From Myxococcota bacterium (GTDB taxonomy: Bacteria > Myxococcota_A > UBA9160 > SMWR01), in contig DATKND010000047.1 in assembly GCA_035541475.1 (NCBI GenBank), positions 508 to 64,507 of the forward strand: a stretch of 64,000 bases of DNA, in the 5' to 3' direction. The translations under genes were made by a program, and so were the position numbers. Numbering within the stretch: the stretch's first letter is position 1; every line of letters begins with the position of its first letter. A model generated the notes under the pieces. That model searched no databases, was not told the origin of the DNA, and saw only the letters and a list, made by a program, of their open reading frames with translations. Below, piece after piece: positions 25,854 to 34,255 of this stretch.

Positions 25854-27299
25854 GTGACCCTACGCACGTCGCTGTCCGGCATGGACGCCGCCTTCCTCTC
25901 GCTCGAAACGCCCAACACCCCCATGAACGTGATGGGGACGTTCTTGCTCGATCCCACTTGCGCTGGAGAAGGCTATTCGTGCGAGCGGGTGGTGCAGCAG
26001 ATCGAGGAGCGGTTGATCCGTCTGGCGCCATTCCGCCAGCGGCTGGTCTCCGTTCCATTCGGCCTCGACCATCCCGTCTGGATCGAGGATCCCGACCTCC
26101 GCGTTCGCGACCACATCCACCGGGTGCGAGCGCCCGCTCCCGGGTCGGACCGGGCGCTCGCCACTCTGGTGGCGCGAATCGCCGCGCGGCCGCTGGACCG
26201 GACCCGGCCCCTGTGGGAGCTCTGGGTGGTGGAAGGCCTCGGCGAGGAGCGAGTCGCTCTCGTCTTCAAGCTCCACCACGCCATGGCGGACGGAGTCTCG
26301 GCGGCAAAGCTCCTGCTCCAGCTCTTCGATCCCTCGCCGCTGGCGTTGGCCGAAGCTCGAGCGCCCGAACGCGCGCAGCCGAAGCCGGCTCCGACGCGCG
26401 GCGCGTTGCTGGCCTACACGCTCTCGCGACTGCCCGGGCGGTCCGCGCGCTTCGCGCGACTGCTGCGCGACAGCGCGGAATCGATCGTCGCGGGAATGAC
26501 TCGCTCGATGGGCGGGGAGTCTTCGGACGGAGCGCGCATGCCGATGCCCTTCAGCGCGCCGCGCATGCCGTGGAACGCGGCCACATCGGCGCGGCGCTGT
26601 GCTGCGTATGGAAACGCCCGGCTCGCGGACATCAAGGTCGTCGGTGCGGCCTTCGGCGCGACCGTCAACCACGTCGTGCTCGCCGCCTGCACGCAGACGC
26701 TGCGGAACTACCTGGAGAGCCACGGGGGGGCACCGAGTGTTCCCCTGGTCGCGGCGGTACCGATCTCGCTGCGCAGTCCGTACGACCTCGAGACGCACGG
26801 CAATCGCATCTCGGCGTTCCTCGTGCATCTCCCCGTGCACCTCGCCGATCCGGTGGAGCAGCTCTTCGCCGTGCGTGACGCCGCGGTGTCGGCGCAGCAA
26901 CTCCATGGCCGGCTCGGCGTCGGAGCGCTGGGAGAGTGGGCCGAGTTCGCCTCCGCGAGCCTCCTCGGAGGCGCCGCGCGCTTCTACTCGAAGCTCGCGC
27001 TCGCCGGCCGGCACCGACCCCTCCACAACCTCGTGATCTCGAACGTGCGCGGTCCGGGGACTCCGCTCTACGTCGGCGGCGCGAAGCTCTGCGCCGCCTA
27101 TCCGCTCGGTCCGCTCATGGATGGAGCGGGGATGAACATCACGGTCGCGAGCTATCTCGAATCGGTGGCCTTCGGAATCCTCGCGTGCCCGCGTTCGGTG
27201 CCCCACGTGGCGGACATCGCGATCGGCTTCGGCGCCGCCGTGGCCGACCTCCGGAAGCTCGCCCTCGAAGCGGGGGATTCCCCGTCGGTGCACGCATGA
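25854..27299 (+). CDS. Wax ester synthase / diacylglycerol acyltransferase (WS/DGAT)
   Basis: LSGMDAAFLSLETPNTPMNV, LDRTRPLWE, active-site motif KLHHAMADG, NLVISNVRGP, LNITV-like motif and C-terminal ACP motif. Confidence 0.93.
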   Translation: MTLRTSLSGMDAAFLSLETPNTPMNVMGTFLLDPTCAGEGYSCERVVQQIEERLIRLAPFRQRLVSVPFGLDHPVWIEDPDLRVRDHIHRVRAPAPGSDRALATLVARIAARPLDRTRPLWELWVVEGLGEERVALVFKLHHAMADGVSAAKLLLQLFDPSPLALAEARAPERAQPKPAPTRGALLAYTLSRLPGRSARFARLLRDSAESIVAGMTRSMGGESSDGARMPMPFSAPRMPWNAATSARRCAAYGNARLADIKVVGAAFGATVNHVVLAACTQTLRNYLESHGGAPSVPLVAAVPISLRSPYDLETHGNRISAFLVHLPVHLADPVEQLFAVRDAAVSAQQLHGRLGVGALGEWAEFASASLLGGAARFYSKLALAGRHRPLHNLVISNVRGPGTPLYVGGAKLCAAYPLGPLMDGAGMNITVASYLESVAFGILACPRSVPHVADIAIGFGAAVADLRKLALEAGDSPSVHA

Positions 27300-27520
27300 A
27301 ACGAATCCACATCCACTCGCGCGTTCGCGTCGCCGACGGAGCGGTTCTCGCTGCGGCGCTGCGTGGGCCGGCAGATCGACGGCCAGAGCCGGGCCAGATG
27401 CTCTGGGCCGGGCGCCTGGCATGCGTCACGGGCTATCGCCGCAGCCCCGAGGACCGCCCATCCTTTGTGCTGGAGGGTGCGCCGGGGCTCTGGGCCGAGG
27501 AGTGGCTCGATCCGGTCTGA
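27296..27520 (+). CDS. Small hypothetical protein (74 aa)
   Basis: ATGA overlap with the WS/DGAT stop; MKRIHIHSRVRV...WAGRLACVTGY...LEGAPGLWAEEWLDPV. Confidence 0.55.
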   Translation: MKRIHIHSRVRVADGAVLAAALRGPADRRPEPGQMLWAGRLACVTGYRRSPEDRPSFVLEGAPGLWAEEWLDPV

Positions 27521-27615
27521 CACGTGCTCGTGGCTCTCGAATCCGCATCTTCCGCCTGCGATCTCCCTGGATCCGAGGCTGCCAGTCGCCTCGTGTTCCG
27601 GGATAGGCTGCTCGC

Positions 27616-27957
27616 ATGCCCGACGACAGCTCGAGCGAGGAGCGACGCCTGCGGAGTCTCTGGTCGCAGATTCAAACGGCCTGGCTCCAGATCCCGCTCC
27701 CCAAGAGTTCCTGGCGCTCGGTTCCCACCTGGCAGGTCTTCTCGAAGCGCTTCGAACGCTGCCTCCGCCGCGTTTCCTTCTACGTGAACCGGCGCGTTGG
27801 GGACCCCAAGGTACGCGGGCGCATCGTGACGCGAGTCCTGATCGAGAATCCGGACCTCTTCGTCGTGCACTGCGACGAGCTGGAAGAGCTGAGACGCCTG
27901 GAAGCGTCGGCGGATCGGCTGCTCGCTCTGGAGGCGGCGACCCGCGCGGGCGCATGA
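27616..27957 (+). CDS. Small sigma-70 region-2-like protein (paralog A)
   Basis: FERCLRRVSFYVNRRVGD...RIVTRVL; 35 of 65 residues identical, without gaps, to the convergent ORF at 28019-28300. Confidence 0.7.
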   Translation: MPDDSSSEERRLRSLWSQIQTAWLQIPLPKSSWRSVPTWQVFSKRFERCLRRVSFYVNRRVGDPKVRGRIVTRVLIENPDLFVVHCDELEELRRLEASADRLLALEAATRAGA

Positions 27958-28018
27958 ACGCGCCGACGATCGCGACGCGCGATGGCAAGTCCCGAAGTCG
28001 CGCTCGTCGTCAGACGCT

Positions 28019-28300
28019 TCATACCGCAGTCACCTTGTGCGGCGCGCGGCGGATCTTCGGACGGACTTCTTCCAACGCGATCAGTCGGTCCGCAGACCTC
28101 CTGAGGCGACGGATCTCCTGGGCTTCGTCACATCGGCCGATCAGGAGCTCCAGATTCGCCACGAGGACCGCGCTCACGATCCGCTCCAGGCTCTCCCGAT
28201 CATCGGTGCGTCGGGCTACATAGGCGTGGACGCGGGCGAAGCAGCGCTCGAAGGCATTCGAGAATGCCGCAGGGTCGACCTCTTCGAACGCTAGTGCCAC
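28019..28300 (-). CDS. Small sigma-70 region-2-like protein (paralog B)
   Basis: GTG at 28300 inside track ORF 28019..28537; AFERCFARVHAYVARRTDD..SLERIVSAVL. Start position uncertain. Confidence 0.7.
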   Translation of the reverse strand: MALAFEEVDPAAFSNAFERCFARVHAYVARRTDDRESLERIVSAVLVANLELLIGRCDEAQEIRRLRRSADRLIALEEVRPKIRRAPHKVTAV

Positions 28301-28533
28301 GTCGCGCCGATGGCGCGACGCGCGACCAGGAGATCGACACCGAAGCACAGCGGCGCCGACGGTGCGCTCAACAGGCAGACCGGAGCACCAACTACCCACA
28401 GCTCGTTCCGCAGCAACACAATTCCTCCACCGGTGAATGCGCGAGCCTAGTCGCACGGGAGTCCCCTTCGACATCCATGGATCCCTGGATATGTCGGGCG
28501 GGAAACTCGGAGATTCCGCGGCTGCTCGACGGC

Positions 28534-28734
28534 TCACAGCGCCGGCGCGCGACCTTCCGCGCGGAGATCGCGCTGTTCGGACGGCGCCAGAGGCAGCGAG
28601 AAGAGGAACGTCGCCCCCTTCCCCAACGAACTCTGCGCCCAGACCCGGCCGCCATGCCGACGCACCAGGCGATCCACGATCGAGAGTCCGACGCCATGGC
28701 CCTCGAAGTCTCCCGGGTGCAGGCGTCCGAACAC
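28534..28734 (-). pseudogene. Histidine kinase HATPase_c C-terminal remnant
   Basis: [45 protein letters not shown] covers the F and G2 boxes only; no upstream kinase sequence in frame. Confidence 0.85.
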
Positions 28735-28792
28735 GTCATGCCCGTCGCTGGATCACGGTCTCGATCCGACTCGTGCGGTTTCAGAGCCAGCC

Positions 28793-28822
28793 GCGCTGCC
28801 GCGAGAAGCGCTGCCGCGAGAA
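28793..28822. repeat. Perfect 15-bp tandem duplication
   Basis: GCGCTGCCGCGAGAA occurs twice in tandem (28793-28807 and 28808-28822). Confidence 0.85.
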
Positions 28823-28960
28823 CCTCGGCAATCCACGTGCCGATACCCATACTCTCTTGTGTGTCAAATCGCGATGCCTCGCGACCGCCGATCGATGCAG
28901 CTTCCAGCACGATGCGCGGGCAGGTTGTTCGAAGCATCCCGCCGGCGCTCGAGGCGCCCA

Positions 28961-29095
28961 TGTGACCAACGCTCTTCGAAGTGACAGCTAGCGCAGCCGG
29001 TAGCTCATCCCGCTGAGGTCGAGCACGTGGCTCCGGTGGAGCAGGCGGTCGAGGATGACCGTGGCCAGCCCCTCGTAGCCGGCCAGCACGGCGGG
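28961..29095 (-). mobile_element. istB: IS21-family remnant: IstB C-terminus plus possible right end
   Basis: Not in the ORF track. Minus strand reads PAVLAGYEGLATVILDRLLHRSHVLDLSGMSYRLR* (stop at 28988-28990), matching the IstB ATAILDRLLH.S....I.G.SYRL signature. A TGT-starting end at 28961 is tentative. Confidence 0.8.
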
Positions 29096-29390
29096 ACGAC
29101 CGAGAAGCCGTTCGCGATGGCCCGCACCGCCAGCCCTCACCGAGCGAGCGCCCTTCGTCGCGGCGGGCTGCCTGGCCGACGAGCCGACGAAGCGATGTCA
29201 CCGGTCCGATTGGCGAAGCCCTCGAGCAACCCACGTTAGTTGGCAGCGCGAGAGCTCCGGTCCCCCCGGATCCCCGGAGAAGCGCGAACGAGAAGCGTGG
29301 ATTCGAGGGTCGTCCGAGCAACGCCACGGACGCGGCAGAGAGCTGTCTGCCGCGAGCTGTGGGGCGCGAGCGATCCCGCGGGAGCCCCGT

Positions 29391-30320
29391 TCATTCGGCA
29401 CTTGGTTGGATTGCGCCGTGTCGCTGCGCGGACCGCACTGACAGATGGGCGGGCGCGGTGGAGGAAATGAAGTCGACGAGCACCTCGACGAACCGCTCGG
29501 GGGCTTCGCAGTGCGGGAAGTGGCCCACCCCGTCGAAGATCTCGAGTCGGCTGCCAGGAATGGCGTTGTGCGCCGCGATCGCATGGCTCACCGGAATGAA
29601 TGGGTCTTGCGCTCCCCACACGATCAAAGTGGGCAGCTTCGCGACCCGGGACAGGCGTCCAAGGGCGCTCACCGCCTGCCCGTTGAAGTCGATCACGTCG
29701 CGCAGGCTGCGAAAGAATGCGCGGCGGTTCTCGGCCTCCGCCAGCGATGCGAAGCTCCGCCAGATCTCACGGCTGGCGGGCGTGAACCGCACGCCGGCAC
29801 GGCCGAGCCAGCAGGCGACCCGGTTCCCAGCGTCTCGCAGCGGAGGCGTGCAGAAGAGGGGGAACAGCGACTCGAATCCGGGCAAGGTCAGCATCCGGAG
29901 GTAGAACGTGACCTCCCGGCCCAGTCCACCGCTGTCCACCAGGACCAGGCGCTCACAGCGCTCCGGGAACTGATAGGCAAACTGCATGGCCACGCCGCCC
30001 CCGAGCGACTGGCCGATGACGGTGGCCTGCTCGTGCTCGAGCGCGTCCAACAGGTCGCGCAGCGTGTTCGCATGGGCCCCGAGCGAGTAGTCGCCCTGGG
30101 GCTTGTCGGACTCCCCCTGGCCGAGCAGATCGGGGGCCAGGACGCTGAACTGCATGCTCAGCGCCGGCAGGACGCGCCTCCACGCCACCGAGCTACCGGC
30201 CAGGCCGTGGACGAGCAGCAGCAACGGTCCCTGGCCGCCGCACCGATAGACGATCCGCTCGCCGTGGGCCGCGATCTCACGCCGCCGGATCGACGCCCAA
30301 CGCGATTCGTCCGCGCTCAT
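29391..30320 (-). CDS. Alpha/beta-fold hydrolase
   Basis: LLVHGLAGS, APDLLGQGES, nucleophile elbow GQSLGG, IVWGAQDPFIP, GVGHFPH. Start trimmed to ATG 30320. Confidence 0.92.
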   Translation of the reverse strand: MSADESRWASIRRREIAAHGERIVYRCGGQGPLLLLVHGLAGSSVAWRRVLPALSMQFSVLAPDLLGQGESDKPQGDYSLGAHANTLRDLLDALEHEQATVIGQSLGGGVAMQFAYQFPERCERLVLVDSGGLGREVTFYLRMLTLPGFESLFPLFCTPPLRDAGNRVACWLGRAGVRFTPASREIWRSFASLAEAENRRAFFRSLRDVIDFNGQAVSALGRLSRVAKLPTLIVWGAQDPFIPVSHAIAAHNAIPGSRLEIFDGVGHFPHCEAPERFVEVLVDFISSTAPAHLSVRSAQRHGAIQPSAE

Positions 30321-30490
30321 GATCGCATCATCTTCGATGAGCTCTCGACGACGGCGGGCCTTCCAGCTCACGCCATCGATCGGCGTGCCGCCCCGCAGGT
30401 CGGCGTCGAACATCCTTAGCAGATCGTTCCCGAAGTCTTCGCCGAGGACGATCGAGTCGAGGTCGTCCTCGTGAAAGACGGCCCGGGAAG
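30321..30490 (-). pseudogene. Possible cardiolipin synthase (PLD) C-terminal remnant, in frame with the hydrolase
   Basis: SRAVFHEDDLDSIVLGEDFGNDLLRMFDADL..GTPIDGVSWKARRRRELIE resembles the ClsB-type tail (RSFLHNDE..AVVLG..F...M..MF..DL....I....W..R). Confidence 0.45.
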
Positions 30491-30696
30491 GGGTTCCCCT
30501 CCCGGGCCGCTGCGCGAATGCGAGGCGGGATCGGCGCTAGCGAGCGCTCGCCGCCGGCGAATCCCGCCGCAGATCGTCGATCGCGCGATGGGAATCGCCC
30601 AGCGTCCGGGCCTTGCCCGAAAGCACGACGACACCCGCGTTTCACGGATTGCAGCGTGATCGACGAATCCGCGAGGGCGGGATCTTGCGCTCGCCT

Positions 30697-30885
30697 CTAT
30701 TGCTCGAGCGACGTCAGGCCCTCGCGAATCGCGTACTGGTGAGATCGGCGACGCTGTGGATGCCGAGCTTGCGCATGACATTGCGGCGGTGCGTCTCGAC
30801 GGTGCTCGTCGCGACGAAGAGACGCCGGCCGATCTCCGGTGAGCTGAGTCCCTCCGCCAGCGCGTCGAGGAGGGAGGTCTCGTCG
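30697..30885 (-). pseudogene. LuxR/NarL-type HTH remnant with frameshift
   Basis: LLDALAEGLSSPEIGRRLFVATSTVETHRRNVMRKLGIHSVADLT continues as YAIREGLTSLEQ* in another frame after a 1-nt loss near 30737; no receiver domain upstream. Confidence 0.85.
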
Positions 30886-30924
30886 TCGATGATATTCGGG
30901 CGATTCCCGACGCCGTACGAGCGG

Positions 30925-31363
30925 GTGGTGCTCCACGAAGGATTCTCACGGCGCAAGGATAGGCTCCACCTCCTGTTGGCGAGCGTGCTCAGCCGACTCG
31001 ACCCGGCCGGTCGCATCCTCGTCGTCGGCAGCGCGCCGGGCCCGGATTCGCCCCTTGTTTGCGAGTGGGCTACGCCGCTGGAACCGGCAGCATCGCTCTC
31101 CGGAGGTGATCGCTCTGCAGATACGGGACGCCGGATTCTCTGCGCACGTGGAGAGCGTGGAGTGTTCGCGCCGCGTCTCCGTCGCGGACTGCTACGCGTG
31201 GGTGGAGTCGCGGGAGTGGCCGATTCTCGAGTCCTTCAACGAAGTGGAGCTGCAGCGTGGCCTGTGCGAGCTCCGCACCCATCATGGCTCACAGCAGATG
31301 GTGGAATTCACGTCGCGCTTCGACCTCGTGCTCGGGATCAAACCCGCGATGCTCGTGAGCTGA
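30925..31363 (+). pseudogene. Class I SAM methyltransferase C-terminal remnant with frameshift
   Basis: VLHE...LSRLDPAGRILVV...PDSP, then after a shift at CCCC (31051-31054) LFASGLRRW...SPEVIA.QIRDAGF...EFTSRFDLVLG. No GxGxG motif present. Confidence 0.5.
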
Positions 31364-31428
31364 TGGGCTCGCCAGCTGCGGAGCCGAGCGATTCGAGATC
31401 GCGACGGTCGGTCGGTTAGGCTCGCTTC

Positions 31429-31839
31429 GTGACTCTCTTCCGCTCACGGGCGTCACTGCTTCCGGACCCCGCCGAGCCCATCCGATCCGAGCTATTCAGC
31501 GTCGAACGTCTCGAGCAGCACGCCGAGAGCCTGGCCGCCGCGCAGAGCGTGACGCCGGACCGGCGCGGAGGTCGGCCGCTGTTGCCACGGCTGAAGGACA
31601 ACGCCCGCGCATTGCTCACCTGCTACCGGACGATCGCGCAAGCGATTCGCGAGGAGCGGACGATCCCGCCCGCAGCCGAGTGGCTCGTCGACAACTTCCA
31701 CATCGTCGACGATCAGATCCGCCAGATCCCCGCGTCGTTCTCGGCTCCGACACGGCTTCACCCTGGCCGACGCCGAGCAGGCGCACCGACAGAGCCAGAC
31801 CGGGCGCGTGACGGACAGGTGCGGCTCCTCGAATCGTGA
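31429..31839 (+). pseudogene. N-terminal remnant of cyclic beta-1,2-glucan synthase (NdvB/Cgs-like)
   Basis: EPIRSELFSVERLEQHAESLAAAQ...PAAEWLVDNFHIVDDQIRQI is the start of this family (about 2800 aa); similarity stops after about 100 aa. Confidence 0.8.
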
Positions 31840-31976
31840 AGGCTCGGTCCGCGGGCGGGTCACAGAAACTCGGGACCGCCGGATCGAGCGGTTTCGGCGC
31901 ACTCGCACAGAGCGCGATCGCAGCGGATTGGAGTAGCATGCGGTCGCGCACCGATGCGCGTGAAGGGGGAGAGCCG

Positions 31977-32369
31977 ATGGCGGTGAAGTCGAACCGTGGC
32001 CCCAGCCGGAAGAGCCGCGGCGGCCCGGCACCGACGCCGCCCATGAAAGCGGCCTACGGCGACATCAAGCAGGGCGTCCGGCACGTGGAGAAGTCGATCG
32101 ACGAGGTCCAGAAGGGCCTCCGCAAGGCCGAGAAGGCGCTCGAGGCGCAAGCCAGGGCACGCATCCGCGAGCTGCGCAAGGAAGCGAAAGGCCAGCTCGC
32201 ATCGCTGAAGGCGAAGCGGCGCGAGGCGGCGCACCTGGGGAAGAACCTGCTGGTCGCGGCCGAGGGATCATGGCAGGACGTGAAGCAGAGCGCGGACCAG
32301 GTGCTCGCGGACGCGCGTGCCACGGCGAGCGCCATCGCCGATCGGATTCGCAACGCGCTCCAGACCTGA
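31977..32369 (+). CDS. Basic coiled-coil protein (phasin / stress-protein-like)
   Basis: SD-like GAAGGGGGAGA before ATG 31977; amphipathic Lys/Ala-rich helices and AEGSWQDVKQSAD. Confidence 0.6.
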   Translation: MAVKSNRGPSRKSRGGPAPTPPMKAAYGDIKQGVRHVEKSIDEVQKGLRKAEKALEAQARARIRELRKEAKGQLASLKAKRREAAHLGKNLLVAAEGSWQDVKQSADQVLADARATASAIADRIRNALQT

Positions 32370-32396
32370 TCGTCTGACACAGCACCTCCGCGATTC

Positions 32397-32422
32397 CTGA
32401 CCGATCCCGGCCCTCCGGTCAG
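32397..32422. promoter_or_regulatory. Inverted repeat CTGACCG-N12-CGGTCAG upstream of the dxs operon (terminator or operator)
   Basis: Perfect 7-bp arms 28 nt after the upstream stop and about 85 nt before dxs; no U-tract. Confidence 0.3.
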
Positions 32423-32508
32423 CGATTTGCTTTGCGCGTTGGTGGTTCGAGCCGCGAAGTTCCCGTTGCGCGCTCTCGCATCCGGGGGCGCGATCAGGGG
32501 GAGAGGGC

Positions 32509-34254
32509 CTGGACACACTTGCGTGCATCGACGACCCGCGCGCGCTGCGCGCCCTGCCGACCGAGGCGCTCGTGCGCGTGGCGGGTGAGCTGCGCTCCCA
32601 CCTCGTCGACATCGGCTCGAAGATCGGCGGCCACTTCGCGGGGAGCCTCGGCGCGGTCGAGCTGACCGTGGCGCTCCACGCAGTCTTCGACACGCCGCGC
32701 GACCGCATCGTCTGGGACATCGGGCACCAGGCCTACGGTCACAAGGCGTTGACCGGGCGCCGCGACGCGCTCTGGCGGATCAAGCGGGCGGAAGGGCCGG
32801 CCGGCTTCCTGCGCCGCTGCGAGAGCCCCTACGACAGCTTCGGCGCCGGCCACGCCGGCACCTCGATCTCGGCCGCGCTCGGCATGGCCGAGGCCGCCGC
32901 GCGAAGCGGCGACTCCCGCCGCGTGGTCGCCGTGATCGGCGACGGCGGCGCGACCGCCGGCATGGCCTTCGAGGCGCTGAACCACGCGGGCTGGCTGCGC
33001 CGCGCGCTGCGGATCGTCTACTCCGACAACGGCATGTCGATCGCGCCGACCGTCGGCGGGCTCGCGCGCACCGGACGCGTGCGCGAGTACGCCGAGGCGC
33101 TCGGCCTCCGCTACCTCGGCCCCGTCGACGGCCACGACCTCGCGGCGCTGCTGCCGGCGCTGACACAGCTTCGCGACGCGAAGGTGCCGACGCTGCTCCA
33201 CGCGTTGACCCGCAAGGGCAACGGCTTTGCCCCGGCCGAGGCCGATCCGTTCCGCTGGCACGCCACCACGCCTTTCGACCGTGCCAGCGGCCGCGCAGCG
33301 AAGGCGTCGGCCGGGGCCCCCTCCTGGACGTCGTGCTTCGCCGACGCGCTCGCGAACCTCGCCGACCGCGATCCGCGCGTGATCGCGATCACGGCCGCGA
33401 TGCCGGACGGCACCGGCCTCGACCGCTTCGCCGCGCGCCACCCCGACCGCATGTACGACGTCGGCATCGCCGAGCAGCACGCGGTCACCTTCGCGGCGGG
33501 GCTCGCATGCGAGGGGCTGCGTCCTGTGTGCGCGATCTACTCGACCTTCCTGCAGCGCGCACTCGACCAGGTCGTGCACGATGTGGCGCTGCAGGAGCTG
33601 CCCGTCACCTTCGCGCTCGATCGCGCGGGGCTCGTCGGCGCGGACGGCCCGACGCATCACGGCGCCTTCGACCTCGCCTATCTGCGCGCGATCCCCAACC
33701 TCGTGATCGCCGCGCCGCGCGACGAGAACGAGCTCCAGCATCTGCTCGCGACCGCGATCGAGAGCGGGCGTCCCTTCGTGCTGCGCTTCCCGCGCGGGGC
33801 CGCGCCAGGCGTTCCGCTCGACCCCGAGGCCAAGCCGATCGCGATCGGGCGCGGCGCGCTCTTGCGGCAGGGCGGCGACGTCGCGCTCGTCGCGCTCGGC
33901 AAGACGGTCGACGCGGCGATGCAGGCGGCCGAGCGGCTCGCCGCCGTCGGCATCGACGCCGCAGTCGTCGACGCGCGCTTCGCGAAGCCGATCGACGTCG
34001 AGCTGCTGACCTGGATCGGCGAGCGCACCGGCCGCATCGTCAGCGTCGAGGACCACGCGCAGGCCGGCGGCTTCGGCAGCGCGCTGCTCGAGGTCGTGTC
34101 GGAGCACGCGCCCGGCGTGCGCGTGCGCCGCCTCGGCCTCCCCGACCGCTTCGTCGACCACGGCGACACCGACGCGCAGTGGGCGGCGGCCGGCATCGAC
34201 GCCGACGGCATCGCGGCCGCGGCGCGCGCGCTGCTCGAGCCGCGGCGGGCCTAG
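32509..34254 (+). CDS. dxs: 1-deoxy-D-xylulose-5-phosphate synthase
   Basis: GHQAYGHK, GAGHAGTSIS, GDG...N, GIAEQHA, DRAGLVGADGPTHHG. Homology (LACIDDPRALRAL) extends 5' of the track start to a CTG at 32509 preceded by GGAG. Confidence 0.95.
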   Translation: MDTLACIDDPRALRALPTEALVRVAGELRSHLVDIGSKIGGHFAGSLGAVELTVALHAVFDTPRDRIVWDIGHQAYGHKALTGRRDALWRIKRAEGPAGFLRRCESPYDSFGAGHAGTSISAALGMAEAAARSGDSRRVVAVIGDGGATAGMAFEALNHAGWLRRALRIVYSDNGMSIAPTVGGLARTGRVREYAEALGLRYLGPVDGHDLAALLPALTQLRDAKVPTLLHALTRKGNGFAPAEADPFRWHATTPFDRASGRAAKASAGAPSWTSCFADALANLADRDPRVIAITAAMPDGTGLDRFAARHPDRMYDVGIAEQHAVTFAAGLACEGLRPVCAIYSTFLQRALDQVVHDVALQELPVTFALDRAGLVGADGPTHHGAFDLAYLRAIPNLVIAAPRDENELQHLLATAIESGRPFVLRFPRGAAPGVPLDPEAKPIAIGRGALLRQGGDVALVALGKTVDAAMQAAERLAAVGIDAAVVDARFAKPIDVELLTWIGERTGRIVSVEDHAQAGGFGSALLEVVSEHAPGVRVRRLGLPDRFVDHGDTDAQWAAAGIDADGIAAAARALLEPRRA

Positions 34255-34255
34255 C

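Noticed and set aside
32430-32470. GGTTCGAGCC as a tRNA T-loop
   Set aside because: No acceptor, D or anticodon stems could be built around it.
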